DNA from: a virus
Taxonomy: Duplodnaviria > Caudoviricetes
Strand: one strand, 5' to 3'
IMG/VR virus record: IMGVR_UViG_3300050343_000186
Span: 1-56,212 of that record
Length of the DNA: 56,212 bases
The notes under the pieces: model-generated
Seen by the model: only the letters and a program-made list of their open reading frames with translations
The model's database searches: none
What the model was told of the DNA's origin: nothing
In this document: piece by piece, positions 21,757-34,000 of the stretch
Numbering within the stretch: the first letter of the stretch is position 1
Layout: every line of letters starts with the position of its first letter
Made by a program: the position numbers and the translations under genes

Positions 21757-24700
21757 ATGGCGAATATTACAAGGAACTTTATAAAAGGCAGAATGAATAA
21801 GTCGGTTGATGAACGACTTATACCTAATGGTGAATATGTAGATGCAATCAATGTTCGTATGGGTTCTACTGAAAACTCTGAGATTGGTGTAATAGAAAAC
21901 ACTAAGGGTAACTTAGGACTAACTGCTTTGCAATATAAAGGAGTTCCATTGAGTACATCTGCTAGATGTATTGGTGCGTATGAAGATGGAGCTAGAGAGA
22001 CTATATATTGGTTTGTCCACGATAGTGACTTCCTGTATCTAATAATGCACCACTAGGCAAGATTGACTTAATAGTATCATACAATACTTTAACAAACCAA
22101 ATCGTATATCACGTAACTAGTGTAAAGTTTGATACCAATAAAACTACATTAAATTTTGACCCTGATTATCTTATAACAGGAGTAGATTTAGTAGAAGATT
22201 TATTGTTTTTTACAGACAATGTAAATCCTCCTAGATTTATTAATATATCAAGAAACTATGCTAATCCTAAAATAATTCCTCCTGAAACAACAGCTTTTGA
22301 TTATGGTGGAGTTCCTTTGATTTTAGAAGAGCAGCTTCAGGTTATTAAAAAACCGCCTTTGTTTTCTCCTTCTGTTGATTTAATAAAAATAAGTTCTGAA
22401 GAAAGTTATTTAAACGACAGGTATATATGTTTTGCATATAGATATAGATATTCTGATAATGATTATTCAGCAACGTCACCATTTTCTGAGCCTGCTTTTT
22501 ACCCTGAGCCATTTAGGTATAGCCCGGATACTGCTCTAAATGAAGGGATGGTAAATAGATTTAATGCAGCTAATGTTACTATAAACACAGGCGGACCTTT
22601 AGTTAAGGGTATAGATTTACTATTTAAAGATGCTCAAAATAGCACAATAAAAATAATAAAAAAGTTAGACAAATCTATTTTAGGTTTGGCAGACAACTTT
22701 GATTATAGTTTTGTTTTTGATAATAGTAATATATTCACGATACTGCCTGATTCTGAAATATTAAGATTGTATGATAATGTTCCTCGTTTTGCTTTAGCCC
22801 AAACGATGATGGGGAACAGGCTCATATATGGCAACTATGTAGATGGATATAATTTAATTAGAGGATTTAACCCTACTAAGATTGAATATTTTATAGATTT
22901 AATAAGTAAAGAAAATCAAATCACTGAAATAGAGCCTGTAACTATTGTAAATACAACTTATCCGTTGAGTAATACAACCGTTGATGATGGGGCTGTGAAT
23001 TTTGATTTAAGCGGTATAGATAATTCAGATTTAATTCAAGGAGCAAATATTATTTTTGAGTTCTCTTTGTCTCACAGTCAGTACTCTCAATTATCAGGTC
23101 CTGTACCTGACTCAGGTCAAGAGCAGCCTACATTTGATTTGACTTTTACTTTTACTTTACCTAAAGATTATAATAATATATATGAATTAGCGAGCAGTCC
23201 TGAATTTAAAAATAAAATAGGTATTGGTTTTACAGACCCTGACAGGAATATAAAGCAAGTTTATTCTTCTGACCCTGCATTACCCACATCCTGTGATGGA
23301 GTGACATTTACAGACGTATTTAATTGTGCTATAGATAATTTAAAAACTACAAATTTGGGTAGTGTACAAAAACTTAGCAGTGGTACAGGAAATAATGAGA
23401 ATGGTCCTGTAAATGTTTTTTTAGATACTAGTGGGGGTGTGCCTAACAATAATCAGACAATAGAGGTATTTACTAGCCCCGCATCTAATGTTGTAGGGTT
23501 TAGATTTCCTTACGTTAAGTTTGTATTAGACCCTGCAAACAACCCTGATGTAAATTCAGGTAGGGTATATGAATTTTACAAGATAGTTAGTGCAGGTGCA
23601 GGATTTGCATTATTAGGGGATATAAGGAGTTTGCATAGTAACAGGAATTACGAGGTAGGGATTGTATATTTAGATAGTTTTGGAAGGTCTTCCACGGGTC
23701 TTGTTAGTGACAATAATACAATTTTTATTCCTTGCTCTAAATCTTCTTTTAAAAACTACATAAAAGCTACTATACCTGTAAGTCAAATTGCACCTGAATG
23801 GGCTACTAATTATAAGTTCATAATAAAACCTGACGAAGAAAATTACAATACAATATTTAGTAATATATTTTTTACAGGTGACGATGATGGAATGATTTAC
23901 TTTTTGCTTGATGGAGAAAATTCAGCAAAAGTAGAAAAGGGGGATAGGCTAATAGTCAAAAGAGATAGTTTAGGAGCTACCCCGAATTGTGTATACACAA
24001 CTGTTTTAGATAAAAATTCTTACAGTAGTGATGAAATAACTAGCGGTAATCCCGCAGGTGTATATATGAAAATAAGTCCAAATTCTATAAGTGTAACTGA
24101 AGACATTAATGCTGTAATAGACGGGGGATTAAAGACAAACGTAGAGAAAGTTAAAGGGAATTGTGCTAGGGTTGATTTTGATATGACCTTTAACGATAGT
24201 AATGATGCTTTTGATGTACCCCAAGGCTCTATTGTTGAAATGTTTTTTTCCTTTAACAGAAATGGTGGAATAGAATTTTTTGGGTGCGAACAGAGAACAT
24301 ATGAAGTCAGTATGCAAATTATAGCGACTAGAGATTATCCTAATTTTGCTGAATTTTTAGATGGAGAAAATTTTCAATCGTATTTAGACAATCCCGATGT
24401 TGACATTGTAGGAGTTGCGAGAGGGGGAACTCAGCTTGACCAAAAAACAGAATGGTTAGGCAAACAGACCTCTGTCCAATTCTGTAATCTAAGTAAAAAT
24501 GTTATTTATTATATTGACCTAGGTGCAAATGGTATAGTTTTAAGTGCGGTAGGTCCTCAGTCTTGCGGTTCACTTAAAAATAGAAGAGCAACTGCAAAAG
24601 GTAGGGTTAGGGTTGTTAGAGCTGATAATGCTGTTATTTTCGAATCAGAACCTCAAGATTCATTGCCTAACGTTTGGTATGAGTCTTCTGATACATACGA

Positions 24701-26291
24701 AGTTACCACAGATGGATTACATTTATCGGGAGATAAACCTTCAGACCAAGACCAAACTGCATCACTACCTGCTATTATTGAAACAGACTTCTTTAATTGT
24801 TATTCATTTGGCAACGGAGCTGAAAGTTACAAAATAAGAGATTCAATTGTAGGGAAAACATTTAATCTTGGGAATAGGGTTTTAACGACTGATGAAAAAG
24901 AGTTTAAAGAATCAGAACGTTTTGCTGATTTAACATATAGTGGTGTTTATGTCCAAGAAAATAATCTAAATAAACTAAATGAATTTAATTTAGGTCTACT
25001 AAACTTTAAATCGCTTGAACAGTCATTCGGCACTATTCAAAAACTATTTGGTAGAGAGACTGATATACTTACGTTGCAAGAAGATAAAATATCTTACGTG
25101 CTCCAAGGTAAAGAAATGATAACGGGTGCTACAGGTGGTAGTTCGTTAGTTACAGTTCCTGAAGTATTAGGAAAGCAGGTTGCTCGTATAGAAGAGTATG
25201 GTATATCCAACAACCCGGAAAGTTTTGTTCAATGGGGTGCAGATAAATACTTTACGGATGCTAAACGTGGTGCTGTAATACAGCTTAAAGGTAGTGCTGC
25301 TCAGAATGAAAAGCTAACTGTAATATCTGAGCAAGGTATGCGGAGTTGGTTTAGAAACTTATTTATAGATTCTTTCGAAACTCAAAAATTAGGTGGTTTT
25401 GACCCGTATATGGATGAGTATGTTATTAGTTCAAATGACATATTAAAACCAAGTGAAATAGAGTGTACTCCTTGTGGTGTTGGAAAAACATTTAAAGTTG
25501 AAGAGATAGAGCCTTTAACTTATTGTGTAAATGTAGGAGAGTTTGTTGGTGATGTTGGTATTGAATACCAAATCTTAGAACAATCAGAAACTCTTCCGGG
25601 AGTTAACATTAATGCTAACTACAATGGCACTGACTACAACACAGGTAGTGTTACGGTAGGTGGCACACTGACATTCCCTAAGCAATCCGTGTCTGAGCAG
25701 ATTGTTTATATAAGAGTAGAGCCAAACGATAGTGCTACAGTGCAGATATTAGTAAATTGCCCTGACTCTGAAAGGATAACAATAATTAATGTATGTTTTA
25801 CGGGAGATGATGAAGCAGGACTCTTTATACATAATGAATATAATTGGACAGATGGAACATTTACATCTCCATTACATTCAGAATCAGTTGAGTTTTCTTC
25901 AGGAAGTGGTAATCCTTTAGTATCTCAATACCAAAAAATTTCAGGTAAACAGGGAGGTGGCATTATACCATCTGATACAGCTACTGTAAAAATAATATCC
26001 AACAAGTTAGGGTTTGATGATTTTGTTTTTGACGAAACGAGACACAAATTTAAATATATAAGAAGTAACACCCTATTTGACGAAAATAACGATTCGGATA
26101 TGCAAGCATTGTTATCATTGGCACAACTAGCTACTCCAATAGATACCACAGGTGCACCGAACACATACTTTGCAGAGTTCAATATGCCTATTGGAGGTGA
26201 ATATTTATACTTTATTTGGGATTATAGAACAATAACTGAAGTGGATTTATGTTATGGAGAAACAGTTTCAGCAGCTTGCTGTGGATGTTAA
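21757..26291 (+). CDS. Large tail stabilisation / nozzle (muzzle-like) protein (indel ~22035)
   Basis: N-terminal FIKGRMNKSVDERLIPNGEY.DA.N, FAYRYRY, GNRLIYGNY, YGISNNPESF, YFTDAKRGAVI; podovirus-type. Confidence 0.7.
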
Positions 26292-26302
26292 ATAATTAAA
26301 TT

Positions 26303-27226
26303 ATGGCAGAATTTTATATAAACGGAACAACACTTTCTAACTCAACGGCAGTTTTTCAGGATGAAGAATTAAACACCTGTGCAACGGATGGGTTTTACTC
26401 TGATGGCAATATAGTTAGGGAACAATCTAATTGCGTTTTATTACCGATAGTACAATGCCCTGAATGCTTAGTGGCTTGTGGTGGAGGACCAATCACTTAT
26501 AACTTAGGGGCAGGAGTATTTTTACTTAATATAGACTTAGGTAATACATCATCTGATGTTGGAGCAGTTATAGTTAAATTCACTCCCGCTAATATACCTG
26601 ATGGTATAAAAGCTACTTACAATAGTGTGGTGTATAATAAATTTAGTCTTGATAATGCAACTGAAGGGGGCTATAAAGGAAGTACGTTTACAAATGGATA
26701 CACTTATTTAGGTTACAATGGAGCTACTTGCGTTCCTGTTGCCGGGAATACATACAGTGATTTAACTGAATACAAATACGATGGTTCTAATTTTGTTGCT
26801 ACGGGAAACACTCAAGATATAACACCACAGGCGGGTGAATTGCAATTTAATACAGTTTTTAATCCGGGTACTTTTTATATGGTTATACCAAAAACCGACA
26901 CAAGCCCCTCTGATTTAAATATTGAAATATCAGGTGTTTGTACTGACACTGCATTTGGTGTAGAGGTTGAATGTCCTGTTTTATTGACAAGTTATTCTTC
27001 TAGTCTTGCTGCTCTTAGTTCAACTGCTGCCTGCAGTCTTTCTACTGTGACAACATATTACAATGCTCCTGTATCGGGTACAGCAGGGGACCCTCAAGTG
27101 AATGATTGGGTTTTCTCGGATGAGTATGGTCAGTCAGTATTAGGTGCAGGATTTTACAAAATAAACGCAACTGAATATATTGAAGTTGATTCAAATGGAA
27201 TAGTAATAAATAGAGCAAACTGTTAA
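26303..27226 (+). CDS. Cys-containing tail-associated protein
   Basis: Intact 307-aa beta-rich ORF within the tail module. Confidence 0.5.
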   Translation: MAEFYINGTTLSNSTAVFQDEELNTCATDGFYSDGNIVREQSNCVLLPIVQCPECLVACGGGPITYNLGAGVFLLNIDLGNTSSDVGAVIVKFTPANIPDGIKATYNSVVYNKFSLDNATEGGYKGSTFTNGYTYLGYNGATCVPVAGNTYSDLTEYKYDGSNFVATGNTQDITPQAGELQFNTVFNPGTFYMVIPKTDTSPSDLNIEISGVCTDTAFGVEVECPVLLTSYSSSLAALSSTAACSLSTVTTYYNAPVSGTAGDPQVNDWVFSDEYGQSVLGAGFYKINATEYIEVDSNGIVINRANC

Positions 27227-27229
27227 GAT

Positions 27230-28060
27230 ATGGCAAATTATACAATAACATATGACGAGGGAGTGCAAGGTTTTCCGTCATTCTACACCTACTATCCTGA
27301 TTGGATGATAGGAATGAATAATTATTTCTACACTTTCAAAGGAGGTAATCTTTACCGTCATAATGTGAACGATAATAGAAACACATTCTACACTGAGTTT
27401 TGGACTCAGGCAGAAACCCCTAGCGAGGCTTTTAAGCCATCTACCCTTGAGAGTGTATTCAATGAATCACCTCTAGAAAACAAGCTCTTTAAAACTATTA
27501 ATTTAGAGGGAGACGATAGTTGGGCAGCTACAATAGAAACCGACATACAAGATTCAGGATTTATTGATTCTGATTATTTTGAGAAAAAGGAGCAGAGTTG
27601 GTATGCGTTTGTTAGAAATGAAGGGTTAGGTTCTACTCCCGCTGATGTTCCTGAGTTCGCATTACGTTCACTAAATGGTATAGGTCAAAGCACTACAGTA
27701 GTTGCGGGTGCAGGTACTGCAACAATAAACTTTGCGACAACTGTTCAGATAGGAAGCATATTAAGTGTTGATGATTACTTCTACTTTTTGTCAGGCACTA
27801 ATGAACCTGTATATGCAGGGAATGTTACATCTATTAATGTGGACATTAGAAGAGGAACAAATAATGTGGTTATAGATACATCACCTGCCGGAACTTCACC
27901 AATACCATCAAATATAGAAGCCTTCTTGTTTATTAAAAACTCAGTTGCTGAATCTCACGGTGTATTGGGGCACTATGCGGTGTTTAACTTGACGTATTCA
28001 GAAAACACAAAGGTTGAATTATTTGCTGTTGAGTCAGAAGTAATGAAAAGCAATCCTTAA
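27230..28060 (+). CDS. Tail structural protein (stabilisation-protein C-terminal-like)
   Basis: TITYDE..GFPSFYTY.PD...FYTFKGGNLY.HN, KLFKTINLE, FEKKE motifs. Confidence 0.55.
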   Translation: MANYTITYDEGVQGFPSFYTYYPDWMIGMNNYFYTFKGGNLYRHNVNDNRNTFYTEFWTQAETPSEAFKPSTLESVFNESPLENKLFKTINLEGDDSWAATIETDIQDSGFIDSDYFEKKEQSWYAFVRNEGLGSTPADVPEFALRSLNGIGQSTTVVAGAGTATINFATTVQIGSILSVDDYFYFLSGTNEPVYAGNVTSINVDIRRGTNNVVIDTSPAGTSPIPSNIEAFLFIKNSVAESHGVLGHYAVFNLTYSENTKVELFAVESEVMKSNP

Positions 28061-28081
28061 TTTTTACTATCTTTGTGGTCA

Positions 28082-28492
28082 ATGATGTTTGACGTTAAGC
28101 CATTATCTGAAACTGACTATGACGATATACTTGTAGATTGGTGGAAGGATTGGGATTGGGCAGCACCTCCAAAATCATTTTTACCTGAAAATGGGACAGG
28201 TGGCTTTATTGTTTATGACGAGGATATCCCTGTATGTGCAGGTTTTATATATAGAACAAACTCAGAAGTTTGTTGGGTTGATTGGATAATTTCTAATAAA
28301 AACTACAGAAAGAAACCAAACAGGTCAATGGCTATAGAGTTATTAATTAATACGTTAACCAAAATATGTAAGATGAATGGTGCATCAACAGCATATGCTC
28401 TAATAAAACACAGAGGTCTTATAGATGTCTATAAAAAGTTAGGGTACATAGAAGGAGATAGTTATTCATCTGAAATGATAAAAAAATTATAA
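28082..28492 (+). CDS. GNAT-fold acetyltransferase-like protein
   Basis: PVCAGFIY...WIISN..YR...YKKLGY pattern; position before ejection genes as in T7 gp13-like loci. Confidence 0.55.
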   Translation: MMFDVKPLSETDYDDILVDWWKDWDWAAPPKSFLPENGTGGFIVYDEDIPVCAGFIYRTNSEVCWVDWIISNKNYRKKPNRSMAIELLINTLTKICKMNGASTAYALIKHRGLIDVYKKLGYIEGDSYSSEMIKKL

Positions 28493-28493
28493 T

Positions 28494-29132
28494 ATGGCAG
28501 TAGCAACAGCATTAACAGCAGCAGCAATAGGTGTGGGAGCAGCACAAGCAGTAATTGGATTTTCTGAAGCAGCAAAACAGAAACAAAAAATGAAAGAGGC
28601 TGAGTTGGAAGCAGAAAAAGCAATGAGTCAAGCTCGTAAGAGCATTGAAAAAAATTATATGGAATCATTGGCTATTCAAAAAGAGCCATATGAACTAGAA
28701 AGAGAGGCTTCGCTAGTAGCGGGGGCACAAGGCATAGAGGCTCTTAGAGAGAGCGAAAGAGGTTTGGGCAGGGTAGGTGCTATCCAAGCACAGCAACAGC
28801 AAGCACAGAGACAAATAGCATCGGCTATGGGTCAAGAGCTATTTAACTTAGATTACTTGACTGCTCAAGAAGATTCAAGACTTCGTGATATAGGGACTCA
28901 ACTTGATTTAGGTGAAGTGACAGGAGCACAGCTAGCAGCAGCAGAAGCTGAGGAAGCTAGAGCACAAGCAATACAGCAAGGTTTACAAGGAGTACAAACA
29001 GCGGTATCAGGAGGACTAGATTTTATTCCTGAAGCATCGTTTGACCCTGCTATAGCCGGCATGAATAAACAGAAACGCATGAACAATAGATACCTTAGAA
29101 CAGGCAAAGGTTCTTACACACCTATTAATTAA
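28494..29132 (+). CDS. Internal virion / ejection protein 1
   Basis: Hydrophobic Ala/Gly N-terminus, Ala/Gln-rich helices. Confidence 0.6.
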   Translation: MAVATALTAAAIGVGAAQAVIGFSEAAKQKQKMKEAELEAEKAMSQARKSIEKNYMESLAIQKEPYELEREASLVAGAQGIEALRESERGLGRVGAIQAQQQQAQRQIASAMGQELFNLDYLTAQEDSRLRDIGTQLDLGEVTGAQLAAAEAEEARAQAIQQGLQGVQTAVSGGLDFIPEASFDPAIAGMNKQKRMNNRYLRTGKGSYTPIN

Positions 29133-29133
29133 G

Positions 29134-31014
29134 ATGGCAACTAAATTTGGATATGTAGATAGAGACGCAGATAGCCGAGTCAATTGGGCTGACATTGGCA
29201 AGAGCTTCTCAGATATGCTTATCACCACAAGAGAAAAGGGTGAAGCAGAATTTAAGGCACTTGATAACTTAGCTACCGTAGCTGCTGACATAGAAATTCC
29301 ATTAGGGCAAAACACTACTGCAAATTCCATGATGATGGACGTTGGTAATGACATAAAAACATGGAACGTTTTAAATAATAAGGCTTGGAAAAATGGAGAA
29401 ATTACAACATACGAATACCAACGAAGATTACAGAACTTAACGGATAATACGGACTTGGTTTTAAAAACATTTAAAAATTTAAACGCACAGATTGCCAACC
29501 TTAATGAATCAAATATGTCGGGGAATATGTCTGAATATACTCGTCAAAATTTAGATGACTTTATGAAGTTTTCTAATCTTAATGACACAAAAATAGTTAT
29601 TCAAAAAGACGGGACTATGGTGGGCAACAAACTTATTTCTGATGGTCAGGGTGGCTACGTAAACAGCACAAACCCTGAAGATTCTGTTAGCTTACAGGCT
29701 TTTGCGAATATATTCTTGCAAGATGTAAATAAATATGATTACGATAAACATATAGATGATATTGTTAAAACTTTAGGTAAGTATCAGTATGTGTTTCAAG
29801 AGATAGCATCAACGTCAAAAGCAGGGGCGTTTTTTAAAGTTGAAGACATTACAGCAATGGGTGCTGATGCTGTTCTTAGTGAAGAAGTAAAAGAGGCTAG
29901 CAAAGAGTTTCTTGATGCTGAAGAAAAGTATATAAGTGCTATGCTAGCTAATCCATATGAAGCTGTTTCTGTTTTAATGGATGGCGTAAAAGATATTGAT
30001 GGAGATGGTTTTAAGAACTGTCCTCCGGGAGTAGATTGTAAGGAGCTTAACAAAATAAGACAGATTTACACAGGAAATAGTGTGCTTAAGCCTGAGCTAA
30101 CAGAAGAACAGGAAAAAGTTGCAAAAGATTTTTTAAGGTCGCAACTTAGAAGTAAGCTAGACAGAACAGTAACAGCAGGTAGCACAGGAAGAAAGAGTAT
30201 TCCTAGAAGCGGAGGCGGAGGCAGAGGCAGAGGCGGTAAAAAAATACCTGAAATCGCTTTGCTTTGGAATGAAGTATATTCTTCATCTCCTGAACGACAG
30301 GAATTGCTACTTGGACAAATAGGTCAAACAGATAGAATGAAAAAACTAGGTTTTGAAAAAGCAAGGTTTATTGAATTGACAGATGAAAAAACTAATGTAA
30401 AGTACAAGGCAATGGAGATTTATTATGACGGGAAAAAGCAAGGTAAATCAAGAACAGGCAAGAACGCTGTTCCACTTCAAATAATTAAAATGGGTGAAGA
30501 TGGTAAATATTATGCAGCTAACCCCAATAAAGCAGAATGGAATCAAATGGGCGAAGAATTTACCGGTGGTGGTAACATAATACCTGCCAAGGGAGAGTAT
30601 GTGCCAACTGAGGTAGGATTAGAAACAAGGGTTGATAACCCTGTTGAAGATGCTAAGGATTATATTCGTGCAATTAAAACTAAGATTGTTGATAAAGAAG
30701 GAAAATTTAATTCTGACGAAGAAGGGTTTACAAAAGATTTTAATAAGTATTATGAAAACTTAGGTTTTAAAGCTAGTGATACTTTTGACCCGGGGTTTAA
30801 TAAAGTAAGAATTAATAACACAGTAGACGATTCGTTTATTGATGTAAATCTTGATAATGAAAACGAATTAAATGATTTGATAAACTTCATGAATACGGGC
30901 TTATTGTATGAAATTGCAGAAAACTTTATGACTTCATTAACTGATAGGTCGGCTACAACACCAACACAGCCGCAAACAGGGAGTACTGAGAATAAATCAG
31001 GAGAACTAGATTAA
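29134..31014 (+). CDS. Internal virion / ejection protein 2
   Basis: 626-aa helical ORF between small and giant ejection genes; central RSGGGGRGRGG linker. Confidence 0.55.
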   Translation: MATKFGYVDRDADSRVNWADIGKSFSDMLITTREKGEAEFKALDNLATVAADIEIPLGQNTTANSMMMDVGNDIKTWNVLNNKAWKNGEITTYEYQRRLQNLTDNTDLVLKTFKNLNAQIANLNESNMSGNMSEYTRQNLDDFMKFSNLNDTKIVIQKDGTMVGNKLISDGQGGYVNSTNPEDSVSLQAFANIFLQDVNKYDYDKHIDDIVKTLGKYQYVFQEIASTSKAGAFFKVEDITAMGADAVLSEEVKEASKEFLDAEEKYISAMLANPYEAVSVLMDGVKDIDGDGFKNCPPGVDCKELNKIRQIYTGNSVLKPELTEEQEKVAKDFLRSQLRSKLDRTVTAGSTGRKSIPRSGGGGRGRGGKKIPEIALLWNEVYSSSPERQELLLGQIGQTDRMKKLGFEKARFIELTDEKTNVKYKAMEIYYDGKKQGKSRTGKNAVPLQIIKMGEDGKYYAANPNKAEWNQMGEEFTGGGNIIPAKGEYVPTEVGLETRVDNPVEDAKDYIRAIKTKIVDKEGKFNSDEEGFTKDFNKYYENLGFKASDTFDPGFNKVRINNTVDDSFIDVNLDNENELNDLINFMNTGLLYEIAENFMTSLTDRSATTPTQPQTGSTENKSGELD

Positions 31015-31019
31015 TAATA

Positions 31020-34000
31020 ATGGAAGAGCTGCAGAAGTTATTTAACGTATTAAAAAGAGAAGGTTACTACACAAAATCTTTTGAGGATTTTCAATCTAAA
31101 TACCAAGATGAAACATATAGAGATAAAGTTTTTAACGTAGTTTCTAGAGATGGATTTTACACAAAAAGTAAAGAAGAATTTTTATCTAAGTTTTCATTGG
31201 GTGAAGTAAAAAAAAAAGAAGAATCAGAGCCTTCTTTGGAGGAGGTCATTACGGAATCTACTACAGAGCAAGTTCCGGCAGAAAATGGTTCATCGGCATC
31301 TCAGCAAGATGAGAGAATATTTGACCCAATGGCTGTTGAGCCTGAAGTGGCACCTGCAACAGAGCAGCGAATAGCAGAGCCTTTTATACCTCAAGACCAA
31401 GTACAAATACTAGATGAAGCAACTCCAATTGGACCTTCTGAGTTCGACCCTGAAGAGTTTGTAGCACCTGAGCAGCCCTTAGTACAAGATGCATATCCGG
31501 GATTGTTTGAAGCGGAATCTGATTTGGTTGACAGAGTTGGAGATAAGTTAGCTAGAAAATATGATAGATTAGGGGAAGATGTAGAAGAGTTTATGCCTGA
31601 AATATACGCAGATGCTCTTGACGAGGCTAGAAAGGATAAAAAGTTTATTTCATCATATGACGCATTACCTGAAGAGTTAAAAGCTACAATAGAGCCGGGT
31701 CTAATTAGAGAGAATGGGGAAATAGTTGGGCTTGACCAATCATTAATACCAACGGAAAGTGTTAAGGAAATAGTTAGGCAATACGACAAGGATGAATTTG
31801 AAGACACCGGAGGTGTAATAGAAAATTTGGCAGGTGCTATAGAGAGTCAAAGGAAAGAAGACTTTTTTGTAAAATTAAAAAAAGCAGGTCAACTCCAAGA
31901 AGATATACTAAACAATAAGGTAAAAGTTGATGAGCTTAGAAAGCAGGGTAATAACTTATTAGCAGACCAATTATCTATACCTTTAAATGAAACAATAGAA
32001 GAATACAACAACTTAGTAAAAGAAGCAAATGATGATTCCATAATTATTAATTCTTTAGATATTATATCTGAAAATGAAGATATGTTATGCTATAGAGTCA
32101 GGCTTCTAAGAACCGCTGTATCGGTACACTTTCTGCCTACTGCATCATCTGCCCCAAAAAAGATTATTGCTACATTAGCACACGTAGCAAATAAAATAGG
32201 TTATAGCCCGGGGTTAGTTCCTAGCCTTCTAATGTATATGAAAATATTAGTGAGTCTGCTATGCAAGATGCATTAAAAATAGAGGATTTGGCAAGAGAAT
32301 CTTTTGGTCAAGATTATAGAGACAAAAAAGCAAACTTTGTAGGAGAGACTTTAGGTCAAATTGGCTTTGTCGTAGCTTCTACTGCACTTGGTGGGACTCC
32401 TGCTGCTCTTTCAGCAGGTTATACAATGTCCACAGGAGAGATGTACAGGGAAGCTATAAATAGTGGATTAAGTCATAATGATGCTATGAATCTTTCTGTG
32501 GTTTATGGAGCTATTTCAGCTCCATTAGAGAGGCTTCCTTTTAGAAATGCATTTAAAAAAGTAGGAGAAAGAACCGTTAGAAAAAAAATAATACAAGAAA
32601 TAATAAAAAAAGGAGGAAAAAATTTCACAAAAGAATTTGCAAAAGAGACTGTAAAATTATCTTTAAAACCTATATTAAAAGAAACATTAAAAGAAGCAGC
32701 AGAAGAGGGGTTTCAAGAAGGGGTTCAGTATTTATTAAGTAAAGGCTTAGCAGAAACATACAACTCTTTAAAAGATGAAGACAAGCCCGAGTTTTTAAAA
32801 GCAAAGTTAGGTTCAGACGAATTTATTGAAGAGCTTATACAAACTGTAGCACTAGGTTCAGTTGCGGGCTCTATTGGAAGCGTTTCATTGAACTTAGCGG
32901 GAGGAAATGTTTTTGTTGGTAGCGATTATAAAGCTATGGAGAATATGTTTACCGACCCAAATCAAATGGCTAAGATAGACCAACAGCTTGATTCTTATAG
33001 AAAAACAGGACAGATAAAAACAGATGAAGAGCTTCAAAGTGCTAAAGAGCAAGTTGGAATTGTTGCACAGGCATCATCAGAAGTTCAAAATGCAACAAAA
33101 AATAGTAAAATCTCCATTGGTCTAAAGAAACAACTGTTTAAACTTACATCGGAAAAAATATCTTTAGAAAAAGCAATAGAAGGTGTAAAAACTACTTCTT
33201 TGGTTTCTGATAAAAAACAAACGATACAGGACTTAGACCAAAAGATATCTGATATTGTTTCAGGTAAGGTAACTGAAAAGGATATTATAGCAGAGCAAGA
33301 AACAGCAACAGAAGAAGCTCCTGAAGTAAAAGTTGAAGAAGAGGTAACTGAAGAGGTTGCACCTGAAGAAGTTACTCTGTCTAAGAAGGTTGATAATATA
33401 TTTAATGAAACAAATCCTGAAGTAGCAGAAACATTATCAGACAATTTAGTTAGAAATAAATCTGCTGAATTTGAGCTTTCATCTATAGGTCAATCAATAG
33501 TAGACCAAGCAACAAAAGCTGCTGTTGCTATTCAGAGAGTAGCACCTAATGTTAGAGTGGTCCTCCACGATACAACTAAGGAGTATACTGATTTTGCGAA
33601 AGAGGGCTCTAGAGGTTCTTACAACCCTGCAACAAAAACAATACATATAGATTTATCAAAAGCTAATAAAAAAACCGTAGGACACGAGGCGTTCCATAGT
33701 ATATTATTCAATACGATAGGTACAGAAAAAGATATACAAGCCGCAACAGACGATATGTATAAGTCTGTTAAGCGTTCATTGGCTACTAGTCCTTTGATGA
33801 AAAGAAAGCTAACAAAGTTTTCTGAAAAATATTCTGACAACATACGAAGCGAGGAGGCATTATCTGAATTGTTTGGTATGCTATCAAGCGACTATAAGAA
33901 ACTAAGTGCCCCTGTTAAGATTAAGATTAAACAGTTTGTAAATAAAGTTGCAACTAAGTTTGGTTTAGGTGATATAATTAAATTATCAGAACAAGACCTA

